Under the pieces are notes generated by a model, which saw only the letters and a program-made list of their open reading frames with translations, made no database searches and had not been told where the DNA came from. The position numbers and the translations under genes are program-made. This document shows positions 36,013 to 48,452 of a stretch of DNA of 64,000 nucleotides, piece by piece. Within the stretch, counting starts at the first letter, position 1. Every line of letters begins with the position of its first letter. Source of the stretch: Xylographa opegraphella (lineage: Eukaryota); NCBI GenBank assembly GCA_022813865.1, contig JALDZX010000004.1, forward strand, positions 310,001 through 374,000. The letters run 5' to 3'.

Positions 36013-37056
36013 GTCGCATGAGTGTTTCCGGCCTTCACGATCAAACGATTCTTATTTCCTCCAACTACTACAGCAGACATGAAAACCACTGAAGCCACAG
36101 GTGTGGGAAGTAAAGTAGACTGTGATGTCTTATGCAGGGATGATCTTCAACCTCGTCCTTGCCTTGGATATCTTGCACCTCGTCCTGTTTCACCAGTGTA
36201 GACCACCCCGTTACAATATAGGAAATACATTATTTCCGCGTCTCCTAGACACTTTCTGCCTAGACATTCTCTTGAAGGCCACCAGTGAAGCACCACGACC
36301 TACTTCACTTAGTGTCATCAGCCATACTAGAAACTGCACCAATCCACTTTTGCGAGTCGAATTACGTAGATTTTATATTCTGAAGCACCGTTCGTGTCAA
36401 AAGGTGGTGTTTCGGGAATTGAAAATCGCGTGCTTGTTCATGCTCGTCCGAAAAAATGCCAGACTGACAGTATACATCGCTGTGGGACTAGGTCTCAGGA
36501 ACCTATGTTCTTTGTGACGGCTATTTGATCGTCGAAATTGTTCTTCCCTTTGGCTCCGATAAGCTGTTCTTAGGTTTCACATCTTCGAGCCTAAAGCACA
36601 CAAATTCGCACACCCACAATGTTGGCGTAAATCGATTTCAATCGTCTTTAAAAGTATTGAAATGAAAAGAGTTTCTTACTCGTCCCCGGCATATTTATAT
36701 ACTTGTAGTTATCAGACAAGATATCGCTTACACTTTTGTGGCGCTCTGCTTCCTGATTTTCAAAGCTCCAAACGTAGGCAAAGATCATGTAGTCACTCCA
36801 TTTAGAGGCAGACTGTCCACGATCTATTCATGATAGCAAACTCGGTCATGCCTCATATATTCCAGAGAACATCTGGGCCTCAGCTAACGTGAAACTGGGC
36901 AAAACCTTCCTAAATTTTTGGCATTGCAATAAGCATTTCTTTGGAATGTTGCGTTATGACGGAGAAGAACTACTAGGCCTCTATGGTTCAGGATCGCGGT
37001 CCTTATATATCATCTGACGAAATGCTGTTGAGATGGTCTTTTTTGTTCCGAGTGGC

Positions 37057-38358
37057 TCACACATTGCCCGTTGATTGTTTCCGCAAATTCCACCACTTGG
37101 GGACAAAAGGCTTGGCATTGAGTCTACATGCAAGAGCATCAGGAGTATTACCACTTTTCAACGTTTCGTATTTGATTGCATATTCGCCTTCCATGTTTTC
37201 CAGCCTCCACAGTGCCAAACCAAGGTTCCCAACTCCTCCCATCCATTTTGCTATTCTTCTGCCCTTCCCGTCTACCTTGATAATGTCGGCTCCGGCAAGC
37301 GGCTGCGGCAATTGTTGCATTATGCGTCGTGCTGCTTCGCAGTCGTACTCGAGAAATGGGGAATCCTCCTCACTTGGCAACCCTGGTTCGCCAGTCCGAT
37401 TGAGGGAGATAGTATTATCGTATAGAAGGACAGGCAATATGCGCTTTCGAACAACACCTGTATGCTGTGTTCGTATGACCAGCTCTTGACCTACATAACA
37501 GCCTTTTCGGAAATCCACGGCTCCCATGTAGTCCAAACAAGATTCTTGGAGCAGTGCGTTCTCACGCGGAAGCTCAGCCTGTCCTTCTGGAATACCATAG
37601 AGATACCGTCGTATAGTGTATTGTGTGAGTGTAGAGTGCTCGCTGTGGTTGGAGAGGCCAAGAGCGGCTGTATCCGATGTTTCAGATGCATTTGAAGAAG
37701 ATTCAAGTGTTTGTGGAAGAAGGACTCGGTAGCCTAACCCTGGCGCACGAAGATCTGGAAACACCGCGGCTTTCCCGATATCGTGATTTGGATTCGGATT
37801 AGCCAGTAGTGGAGACTCAGCATTATCCCAGAAGCTCCATACGCCACACTCCTCGGAGTTCACGGCGCGTAACGAAATCTTGGAGCGGAGTTTGTAGCGT
37901 TTCAACCAGCGAAATAGTCGGTCCTGCTCTGTGACATCGACTTCGATGAGAAATGATTCATCCTCGGAGCGAAATGGAGAAAATCCAGGTTGAATGATAT
38001 TTGTGACTGGGTATATAAAGACATCGTGAAGAAGCCGGCCTTGCGCATTGAGGAAGGCAGAGTAAATTGCAGCAGGTTTTGAGGCCGTTAGACCAAGTGC
38101 AACGACGGATGTGCCAGGTATATTGGCAGTGGTGAGCCCTTGCAGAAAACGAGATGCGTCACGACCAGTAAGAGAAATCAAAGCGCGATTCGTGAGGAGA
38201 GCATGGCCTGCTGATGGTATAGCAGGAGGTAAATCATGGACGACTTCCGAGGAGAGATGGCGGCGGACAAAAGCCGCAGGGAGAGTTACATCCCGAAGCT
38301 GACGATAAGTTCGATAGCGACTGTGTAGTGTCGTATACAGGTTGACTGCGTACCTCAT
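37057..38358 (-). CDS. IBA57: Mitochondrial Fe-S assembly factor Iba57/Caf17 (YgfZ family)
   Basis: Arg-rich presequence, GRDASRFLQGL, FLNAQGRLLHD, signature KGCYVGQEL. Confidence 0.95.
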   Translation of the reverse strand: MRYAVNLYTTLHSRYRTYRQLRDVTLPAAFVRRHLSSEVVHDLPPAIPSAGHALLTNRALISLTGRDASRFLQGLTTANIPGTSVVALGLTASKPAAIYSAFLNAQGRLLHDVFIYPVTNIIQPGFSPFRSEDESFLIEVDVTEQDRLFRWLKRYKLRSKISLRAVNSEECGVWSFWDNAESPLLANPNPNHDIGKAAVFPDLRAPGLGYRVLLPQTLESSSNASETSDTAALGLSNHSEHSTLTQYTIRRYLYGIPEGQAELPRENALLQESCLDYMGAVDFRKGCYVGQELVIRTQHTGVVRKRILPVLLYDNTISLNRTGEPGLPSEEDSPFLEYDCEAARRIMQQLPQPLAGADIIKVDGKGRRIAKWMGGVGNLGLALWRLENMEGEYAIKYETLKSGNTPDALACRLNAKPFVPKWWNLRKQSTGNV

Positions 38359-39045
38359 GACTAGTCTCGTCTCCTCTCAAGAAGACATGATTCAAGCGAC
38401 TCTAGTCACGAAGCACGGAGCACGAAGCATTTCGCAATGTCACCTCTGATGGCATCACATCATTCTCATAAGTATAACTTTTCTCCAACCGCCACCCAAA
38501 TAGAAGTAGCTACCCTACGGAGGACCTAGTCTCGTTCTATCCTAGGCTACTGAGCATCTTTGTATAGAGTCTACCTTACCTGATGGTACCTCAGGAAACT
38601 ACCTACTTTCAATAGGACAGGACTCGGAGATCTTCTTTCCAGATATTTAAATACTACGAGCATTGAAGAGCACCTCATGATGTTCGCAACGCAAGCCTAT
38701 TTTGTTGCTGCAATTTGGTTTTCCTTTGTCATCCCAATTTACGATCGTTCACCCCGAGGCTGGTCTAACCCTTCTCATTGACATTGTGTGTGATTTTGAC
38801 TGTGAACCTCTCTCTCTTTATGCTTTACTCATGTACTCCGGTTGCGGTCTCGTTCAATTTGGGAAGTGAGCAGTATCCTTAAGTTCAGTGGGAGTGCCTT
38901 TTCCCGCAACTTTCACGACCTTATCATACCAACAGTAATCGTCAAGTAGGAGTGGTCCGACATTCGAACCGTCTATTGAAGCTCTACTCCGTCAAACCAT
39001 CACCTGCTAGGCTTGCCTGGCATCTTATACGGTATCGACTGCACC

Positions 39046-40551
39046 ATGGTTCAGTCGTTAAAATGGAGAACCGACTACTCGCGTGTCCAGCTCAAGCCGA
39101 TTCTAGTCCCGTTTGACAATTATCACCGACTGCTTTGGAATCTTCTCTTATGGAAGCCAATATTTTATTTCATAATATACTCAATAGTGCATGGCTTGCA
39201 CAACGAGTTTGCGGGGCGATTACGCGTGGATTACCCCGACTGGTATGACTCCTGGGGCCAGATGTTTAGGAACCCTATGCTTCTATTACCTTTTTCACTA
39301 GTGGCTTCCACGCTTGCATACACTTGGGATTTTGTCTTCGTCTCGCTTTTCGCTTTTAAGCTTGTGAAGATCGTGGTACATCTATGTTCGCACCTTTATC
39401 ATCTACTTCATCAAGGTTTTCATATACCTAGATCCCCCACACTTAAGGCGAGCGACGTGACAGTCATCATCTCGAGAACGGGAGATCTAGATTTGGACTT
39501 CGAGAATTGTCTAACCTCCATACTCAACAACCGACCTGCGAAAATTATTGTTGCCACCACTACTAGTAGGTACAAGCTGGTGAAATCGATATGTACAAGA
39601 CTTTCTCCAATTATCGAGGTCCAGGCCGCGGAAGAGACCAAACGGGAAAGGGTCCTTCGCGCAATCCGACGAACAAAGACCGAAATTGTTGTTCTCGCAA
39701 ATGGCCACGTTTTCTGGGAACGCTCCTTCCTTGTGAGCGCACTCGCACCGTTCGACGACCACAGAATTGATGGTGTGGCCACCGCAAAGCAGGTTATTCG
39801 TGATTACTCCAATGGCATATGGTCGAACTTTTGCAACTTCATTGCTTGCACTTACGTTGAGCGCCAGAATTTCGAATTAACTGCAACCAATAACATTGAC
39901 GGTGGCTTTTTGGTTATTAGTTCTCGGCTAGCCTTGTTTCGCGGTAAGATCTTGCGGAGTTGGGAGTTTGGCGCAGAGTACCTTAATGAGACATGGCTGA
40001 TGGGATGCATCGTACCATTGAATTCTGGTGAAGATCTTTTCATAACACGATATCTCGTCAACTATGGTTGGAAGATTCATTTTCAGAATACGCCAGAAGC
40101 CACTGTTTCTATCAATCTCGGGGATCCAAAGAAATTCTTTGGAAAATTAGGTGAATCTGCGCGCTTGATCTGGCGTTCTAATCTTAGCAGTATATTCAAC
40201 GACTTCACTTTATGGTCATCCCAGCCCTGGTGTGTGTATGCCGTCTGCCTTTCTAGCTTCGTCAACTTCGCCCTCTTTTATGATGCTGCGCTTTACTACA
40301 GTCTCTACAGCCTCATACGCGACAGCGTAGATGTGGATGGCTACCCTAGTCTATTCGGAGAGTACGAGCTTGACGTACCCTTGGTTTGTTACCAGCTGTT
40401 TTGGCTCCTCTGCGCCTCAAGGCTGGTCAAGATATTTCCGCACTTTTGGCGGCATCCGTGGGATATACTTTATATCCCGGCGTACATAATTTTTGCTTAC
40501 TGTTACACCTTCATCAAGCTTTGGGCTCTTCTTACGGTATTCATACCTTAG
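39046..40551 (+). CDS. GT2-family membrane glycosyltransferase-like protein (Cps1-like) with degenerate catalytic motifs
   Basis: DVTVII, SALAPFDD, RQNFELTAT..IDGG..ISSRLALFR, GEDLFITRYLVNYGWKIHFQ, WRSN, several TM helices. Intronless; start codon uncertain. Confidence 0.8.
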   Translation: MVQSLKWRTDYSRVQLKPILVPFDNYHRLLWNLLLWKPIFYFIIYSIVHGLHNEFAGRLRVDYPDWYDSWGQMFRNPMLLLPFSLVASTLAYTWDFVFVSLFAFKLVKIVVHLCSHLYHLLHQGFHIPRSPTLKASDVTVIISRTGDLDLDFENCLTSILNNRPAKIIVATTTSRYKLVKSICTRLSPIIEVQAAEETKRERVLRAIRRTKTEIVVLANGHVFWERSFLVSALAPFDDHRIDGVATAKQVIRDYSNGIWSNFCNFIACTYVERQNFELTATNNIDGGFLVISSRLALFRGKILRSWEFGAEYLNETWLMGCIVPLNSGEDLFITRYLVNYGWKIHFQNTPEATVSINLGDPKKFFGKLGESARLIWRSNLSSIFNDFTLWSSQPWCVYAVCLSSFVNFALFYDAALYYSLYSLIRDSVDVDGYPSLFGEYELDVPLVCYQLFWLLCASRLVKIFPHFWRHPWDILYIPAYIIFAYCYTFIKLWALLTVFIP

Positions 40552-41491
40552 AACGTGTCAAGCAACCCGACCTCGACCAAGCTCGACGAAAACACAAGGT
40601 CCACGGTGGAACATACCAGACTCAACCCACCAGGGCAATATCCTTTTGGTGAGAATCCCGAAGTAGGATGTATCGAGGACACAGGGTCCCAGCGACGTCT
40701 CATCTCTTTGTCAATGGGTTTCTACTTCCGTGCCCGGAAGCACGAAAACCAGTACATGCAATGTCGAGCGGGCCACGAACAATCACAAATCTTACAGTGC
40801 CTCTTCAATCATCGCCTCATTCAAATGACCGCAATGCAGCATTCGATTGCCTAAATTAGGAATTGTGACCCGATATGTAGATGACGTATTCGCTCATCAG
40901 AAAAGCTCTCCTGTAGGCTGTTGTTGACCTTCTCGGCGGCATATCTATCATACAATGTCTGGTCCAAATCCAATCCAATCAATCGCATGTTTGCCACCCC
41001 GGATACTCCAGAGGGACCCTTACCAGCGACGGTTCCTCCAGAATGCATTGAAAGTCATCTTTCCTGTGCTAAATTTCAGCTCCTTAACGACAATTCTACT
41101 TAATTGTGATCATCTAAATCATTACCAAGGTTATCTTGTTTCTTTAGTGCCAGAGATAATAGGTCCCAATTGCATTAGAAGACGATTGGTCAGAGTGTAT
41201 TAATAGTTGATTGACAGGATGCTTTTTTATGAATAGTGTATGAGTATCGTGCTGTAAATGATATAAGGTAATACAGACACAGAATTTCGGTCAATACATC
41301 GGAGTCTAGCCTCATGCCGTACGACGGTAGAGTCCGGTTCCGAACTTCATATCCAGCTATCACTTCGACAGTGGATGGCACTCACTGCACCACCGGCAAC
41401 TATTTGCTATAAAACAGGATTTCAAGGCACCATCATGTAATATGTATAGACCGTCATGTCAACATAGACATGAGTTCCCATCCCGAACACT

Positions 41492-44400
41492 TCACTTAGC
41501 GCCCTCCCTAACAACCCCATCCAGAAAACCAAGCAAAAATTTCTTATCTACAGGCGACGGTTTCGGCGTCTGTTTCCCGCTTGTAGACCCTAATACGGCA
41601 CTTTTTTCTCCATCCGCGATAAAGGAGTTCCAGCTGTCAACCCTCGACCTAGCTATGTCAAGCGGAGATGGCAGAATGCTACTTGATCGAGAAGGAACGG
41701 TAGTATCTGTTCTCGTGGGATTCTCCGATACAGGACTCACGGCCGGAACGCGAGTTGGAGTGGGAGGTGGCAACATAGCACTTGACGTAGTGCTCGTTTT
41801 GCTGAAGAGTGAGAGAAGCGCGGTTTTCTGCTCTTGAGTCTGCGAACTGCGTCGGTCGAGAAAGAAATTATCTTTCGTAACCAGAGGAGAGCTTTGGTAC
41901 GGTGAAGCTGCGGGACCAATTGTAATCGCAGCTGATGGAGCGGTGATTGGTGGTTGGGACGACGGGAAAATGCTGATTGACTCTTCTCTAGCTGGACGGC
42001 GGAGTATTTGCGGATGAAATGGCTTGGTCGGTGGCTCTTCCTTCACAGCTGTTCTTGCCTTATGAGCAACAGCTTTCGTCTCCTTTTTCGGAGCCGGCCC
42101 TTTTATCTTCGGGGCAGTGATTGATTGATCTCCCGTAGGTAAATTGTGAGCCAGTGGGCGAGGTAGGATAGTCATAGATCGTTGATTCGTAGTTGATAGA
42201 TCATCGTGGACATTGTCGGAGCCGTTCGTCACATTGGTTGCACTGATCTTAGGGGGTCTGACGACCTTATCGAACTGAGGAAAGTTCAAAGGTCCCGTGA
42301 CTGTAGCAGTCAGCGGTCCCTGACTCGCCTTCCTTACAGGCTCTGGCCGTTTCTGGATACGAACATGACCGTTCCTCAAAGGCAGGTTAGGTTCCTCTGT
42401 CTTGACTTCAGAGGAAACCCTTGAATGACTTGGACTCGGCTGTGCTGACAGTTCGACAAGCGTCGTCGGAGGTGCCAATGATGGACTCGAACTATGAGAT
42501 TTCGTTGCAATTGGCGAGGAAGCGGTTCGGAATATGCTAAGTAAAGCCTCTTGTTGGTGAGATCGAGGATGCATGGCTACTGTAGGTCCCTGCTGAAGAG
42601 CGGGTACCGATGAAGTCGACTGCGCTATATCTGGGCTCGACTGAATATTGAGGACCTGCTGAACAGGAGATTGCGCTTGAATGATTTCGTGACTCGGGTG
42701 GTCGGACTCCCGTCGATGTGAAAGCGAGGTATGTGTAGGAGCCATACCTGGACTTGGTATTGTTTGAGCAGACGACTTCGACAAAGACCCCGATCGAAAT
42801 ATGTCTAGTAGAACCGACGAATGGGAAGTCAGCTTTGGCGGAGGAAGAGCGTTAGCCGGTGGTATTGAAGGGGGAAGATTTTGTGAGGCGTGAGGGCCAT
42901 GAGCAAATCGTGGATCTCCAGTGCGTTGATATGGAGCGAGCGCGTGGTGGTTATGTTGGGCTGCTACGAACGGTGGTGAAGTGTGAAATTGAGAAGGAAT
43001 TGTCCCAGCCTGTTCATGCAGTGTTTCTATTGGAAGCGCAGATACGTGAGCAGAATTACTTGTTTTAAAATGTGGCTGTTGAGGCCGTTGTAATCCAAAG
43101 TGATTTGGGGAAACCGGAAAGGCTGGGGGCGAAACCATCGTTGGCAGTTGATACCTGCGTACGCTTTCGTGTTTTGGAGATGGTGGCATTCTCGGAAGCT
43201 CCAGTATCTGTTCGAACGGAGTTTGTGGTAGTTCCACTGACCCATCCATCTTTTGATAACCGGTCCCAGGTGCGCCGGAGCGCAGAAGTGAGAGCATCGC
43301 GTTGGCTTTTCCGTCGCGAGCCATGTTATGCTTGTTCATGTTCGGGTTGCTACCCATCGTGGTAGAAGGCACATTGAGGAGATTTTTGAGTTGAATCGAA
43401 GCATCGTTTGGTCCTTTCGAAGAGCCAGAGAGTTCAATCGCATTGCTCGTAGAACCCATTTTTCCAGACTGCCTCAGTTGAGTCATCAACCGGTTCATGT
43501 CATCGCTTTTGGAGTTTGCCGGTAAGTCGGAGAAAAGGGCTTGTTCTTCCTCGAGCTTTGCATCTGGCGGTATGGGGGACACTTTGTTCCGATTCTGGCT
43601 GTTTATTGCATCAAGCTTTTTCTGCTGCGAAATCCATTTCTTGAGTGGACTGAGAAATGGAGCAACCATGTAAAACTTGTTGGCATTGATTGTCATGTCT
43701 CCACCATGGCCATCTTGTTGTTGCTGCTTCATCTTCTTCAAGGTAGGAAGTTCAGATAGTTTATACCATTGAATCTTGCTGATTTCCTTCCTGGTTCGAG
43801 GTTCAAAATCTGTATCCATGGGTATGCCTCTAAAGACGTAGAGCCTCATATGCTGCTCTCTCATGGTCACTTCGATATATTTGACATCTTGTTTATCCGG
43901 CACTAATTTTGCGCTTTGTACATCGAAGCCAGTCTCTTCGTAGACCTCACGTATCGCGCAATGTAGATCTTTTTCGTCTTTGTTGATCTTGCCCCTAGGA
44001 AAACTCCAGTTCGCGTTCTTCTTCCAACCCTTGACCAATACAACCTCATCCATAGCCTCATTCAGCATAATTGCCCCACGCACCGGTACACGAGTTTTAT
44101 ACGCCAAAAACTCCGAAAAGGCCGTAGCATGATGATATGGTGAGAAGCCGGAAAGCAATGGGCAATGCTGAAATATTCGCAAGCAGAACTGGCGGAGATT
44201 AAGTGAAGGCAGATTAGGATCGAGAGGCCTGATAAAGTCCTCGTAGAACCACTGTGCTTCCTCCACCTGAAAACATATCCGCTCGACAGATTCCAACTCT
44301 TCTTTGGGCAAATTTACGATAAAACGGACGCATAGGTCATCCAGCCCTACGTAAGCCGGAGCGGTCAGCAAATACGTTTGATATGGAGATGAGTCGCAAC

Positions 44401-44495
44401 AAGCTTTCGTATATCCGGCATGTGTCCGGCAATGCTAAGAACCCTCAGCTCAAGCATAACTTACAGTCTTCTAGCTGCATCTTTGTCTCTGTCAT
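41492..44495 (-). CDS. DCP2: mRNA decapping enzyme Dcp2; exons 44495-44465 and 44346-41492
   Basis: MTETKMQLEDWLDDLCVRF after splicing; Box A FQVEEAQWFYEDF; Nudix box WSFPRGKINKDE..CAIREVYEETG. Confidence 0.96.
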
Positions 44496-45157
44496 ATTGA
44501 CCTGGCTGCTCGTGCATTTCTACCCTTGTCTCAAATACAAAGGCGACGTGTACAGCGCAGCCACAATGCACCTTCCTCGGCGAGATCTTCAGTTGAGTAA
44601 CGACGGTACGCGTCAGCTAGTCCGGTAGCGGTTTGCCAGCACCAGAAGATGGATAAGAAGATCAATCGAGACGACACGACTCTCTTGATCTGGCTGTGTG
44701 TGATGAAGTGTGGAATCTGTGGTTGGTGGACTGCCTGGAGACTTTCAGCCACACCTGTCACAGCCACTGTGGCGAGTGTGCATTACTTAACTAGCGGCGA
44801 GCTAACTGAACCTTAATACTTTTGCAATCCTTGCGCGGCGCTACGTCACGGCGTTACGGTAAACACCAGTCATGATGCCGGATTGCTATTTCAAGGAATG
44901 GGTCTGGAACGTCAGACGCCAGTGAATATCTCCTTAACGCCATGAGTCCATTCAAATACTTACTACACCTTCATTCACATCTTCGATAGCAGAGGCGATA
45001 TTATTGTCACTGCCGAAACTTGTTTCACATTGTCTATGGATTCTGCATCATAAAGGAAGAGCTTTTCCGGCTCCGTTCCTGACCTCAGTCTTTGTTTAAC
45101 TCCTTCCGTAAATCCTAACATCTCCAGCCCTTCAACAATAACCAACAACCATAAATC

Positions 45158-46171
45158 ATGGACCACCTCGCCAAGTCGGTTGGAAAACGCGTATTCAAGG
45201 AACAAGCGGGAAAATTCTATAGCAGTAATGTGAGTAAAGAAACAATCCGGTGTCAAGGTCATACTAATTTCGATACTCCAGGATGTGCGATATCAAAAGA
45301 TCCCTGTGGTGGATAAACGCGGAAATCCCACTGGCAAATACACAAAAGGGCCAAAAAAGCCAATGCCCTTAGCGGTCCCACCGAAAGACCTGAAGATATT
45401 TAAAAAAGTCAAACGGCGAGCACATTGGTTGGATCGGGCCATCAACATCTGTGGGTTCAGAATTGGTGTCTCCGCGATATTTGGGCTTATTCCTGTGTAA
45501 GCCTGACCATCTTCTCTTCGCTGCTGTCCTGTACTAACAGCGGCAGTATGGGCGATATCGTTGATTGGCTCATGGCTTATATGGTCTTTCTTTCATGTCG
45601 TTCGATCGAGCACGGACTTGAACCAAGTATCCAAGCCAGAATGGTATCCAACTTGACGATCGACGCATTAGGTGGTCTCGTACCCGTGGTAGGCGATCTG
45701 TTCGATGCATGGTATAAATGCAATACCATGAACGTCGATCTTTTAGAGATACAGCTCTACAGATACTACGATCCTGAGACTGTTGCTGAATTGGGCAAGT
45801 CGTCAACGAAGAACAGGAATTGGCGCAACGTTGGCGGCATCGTCAGTGACAAGCCAACAAGAACTGCGAATGACGGTGTGGTCGTCAACGAACAGCCCAC
45901 AAGAACCCCGAATATCAACTATCCAAACCATCATGGAGATCAGGAACTCGGAGCTCCGCCTGAATATGCAACTCTACAGGATATCGAACAGAGTGTTCCG
46001 ATGGGTGAAGTTGCTCGTCCAGAGCCAGCACACTTGGACACGAAGAAGGCTCGGAGCGGAGGCTGGTTGAGCAAGTTCGCCAACAAGCGGGAGCAGCCGG
46101 ACTTGGAGCGCGGGGAAAGAGTTCCGGACCAGCGTCCGAGAGCAGAAGATAGTCCGAATGGGATGTTCTAG
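45158..46171 (+). CDS. DUF4112-family membrane protein; introns 45230-45281 and 45497-45546
   Basis: KVKRRAHWLD..GFRIGVSAIFGLIPVMGDIVD, MVSNLTID..GLVPVVGDLFDAWYKCNTMN. Confidence 0.82.
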
Positions 46172-46721
46172 CATATTTATCTTCGGGGATTATGGGCAGT
46201 GTTCTATTGTATGCGTGGCATTAGGAAGCGACTGTCGGCATTTTAATGACGGGTTCGATTGCACTAGAGCGTAGCGTAAGATACCATTATTGCTTGTGAT
46301 ATTTTGTTTGAAAGTGACAGTCTGAGGAGCAGCTTACGATGGTCTTTTTCCATGACCTTAACCCATGTGAAGTGGCTTGACTCGTGCCTGAATTCTAATT
46401 CTGATGCTGATGTGACTCAACTGCTTTGCTCGCAATCGCCTCCATAATCGTTACTTACGTGTCAAGTATACCACAATCGCTACTCGATTCGTGGTCTTAC
46501 TACTTCTGCTTGTGTTCGTGGATGGTTGTTGTGATTTCATAATGTAGCCCTTACGTATGCCATTACATGCAGCCAGGCTTACGCCAGCTCTGCCTTCAAG
46601 GTTCGGGCAACGGGTTATAGTAGTTCTCTTGATAGATCTCTAACGTCATTGCTAGACAACGGATTGATTTTTGGTTTTACCAAGCATCAACGATACCTCG
46701 AAAGTAGTTCCCGTAATCGTG

Positions 46722-47980
46722 TCATGGTCGGTCTTCGCTCCTTGGTGGACCAGTGGACCGCTCTACAGAACGCGAGCATCCATAGCAGGTAATCTCAGAC
46801 GTGGCATTTGCTGCAGATGTGGAACTTGAAGCTTCCGTTGTGTTTTCTTGGTCGCCTCCCCAAGTGTGTAGTCCTTGTGTACCATTGGCTACTGGAAGGC
46901 TGCAGATACAGCACAAAGAGGACGGAGATAACGTCGAGGCAGGCTTCAATTTGCCCGAAGTCCGAACCACGTTGGCTACAATGCTTGGATAATTAAGCTC
47001 CACAGATTCGAAGTATTGGCTCATGAGTTGGTCAATGGTAACGTCTTTCGAGGACACAGAGCTGGACGGAGACCGCAGTTTTTCTACAACCACCTCGCTT
47101 AGTGGCGGATTGGTCAACGAGGAATACCTTATAATTTCCTTTCTTAACATGTCCCTCATTGGAAAGATGTAATTGATACCGTGAGGAGAGAGTCCGTCGG
47201 CTGTCTGCCACGGAATCGAAAAGCCGCGACCCTTAGCTGTTTCCGCAAGAATTCGCTCTGCAAGCCGGGTCGTGGAATCGCCCCAGATAATGCTTTCACA
47301 GCCAGCATCTATGGCAAATCCGACCACGAGACGAGTACGAAGGATATGAATCATGTCCGTACGCGCAGATAGTGAAGGTAATAGAGCAAGTGATAGTCTC
47401 AGACACTCTATTGGACTAGACGATGTCGGCGAGATAGATGGCTGGATCAATGTAGTTGCAGTTGATGAACCCTCATCACCCAAGCTGGAAGGGTAGCGGT
47501 AGACCTCATCGAGAGTCATAGTAGTATACTTATGTAAAGGGAATCTCGTTTTAATTAAGTCAATAGACTTAAGAACATTTTCATTTACAGGCCCCACGAA
47601 CTCTTCATCTTTGACATAAAGTACATGGAGCTCATAACCAACCTGACTGGTCCGCTCCATTTGAATGCGAAGCTGTTGATCCAGAAGGTAAAGCAACGTC
47701 ACCGACGAGACTCCTAGGGAGAGTGATAAGAGGATTTTCCGCGGTCTTTCTTTAGTAAGACCACGGACTTTGTAGCCGTCCATGCGCTTCATGACTTTAC
47801 TACCAACATAATTCATAAAACAATCCCTGGTAGCAAGTCAGTAGTGACATGGTCCTTCGTCAATCTTACTCACCTGCACAATTGTTCTGCCCGTACACTC
47901 ACCGTAGCTAGAGTATCTTGGCATCTTGCACAGAGGATACGGGAGCCTTCTGAAAGCCCCGATGCTGTCTTTCCTGGCAT
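46722..47980 (-). CDS. NCS2: Cytoplasmic tRNA 2-thiolation protein 2; intron 47873-47827
   Basis: N-terminal CxxC..CRDCF, LSLGVSSVTLL, WGDSTTRLAERILAETAKGRGFSIPW, YPSIVANVVRT, CYGC. Confidence 0.93.
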
Positions 47981-48452
47981 GTCAGTGGAGACCAAATCTG
48001 GATTCTGAATATTTTAGTGGCATAAACGTTTGGGGTAAGCTTGTTGGCACTCGGACGCAGCCGGTAAGCTACTGACTCGATTCCTCGATAATTGAATCAA
48101 CACAAGATTAAGGTGCACAATGACACCCGCTCGATCAGTAGGTTTGGCTGAACTCTGTCCTCGAAATCCAAAAGTAGGACAAGGTAGCCGAGGGTTTTAC
48201 AATTGTAATCCTTGGCACCACATTGAAACGTGGGAGATCGACTATTTAGTGTGTCCCTGAATAGCTGCGTCCCCGACCTTACCTTTGGGAACACAGTATT
48301 CACGAATTCAACCAGTGATCTGGATATCAACGAAGCTGCAGCCCAGTCACTACCAGCGGAATACCCAGGCTTTGTCTCAAAGTCTATACTCCCACGCCTG
48401 GTCCGTAAATCGTAACATACATTGGTTCCAGGCGCATAGCGCCGGCCTGAAA

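Noticed and set aside
36122..36700. 131-aa ORF and a possible minus-strand ATG/GTAAG exon
   Set aside because: Could not build a consistent spliced frame; no recognisable motifs.
38950..38985. GGTTCGAAT T-loop-like motif on the minus strand
   Set aside because: The flanks do not form a T-stem or cloverleaf; not a tRNA.
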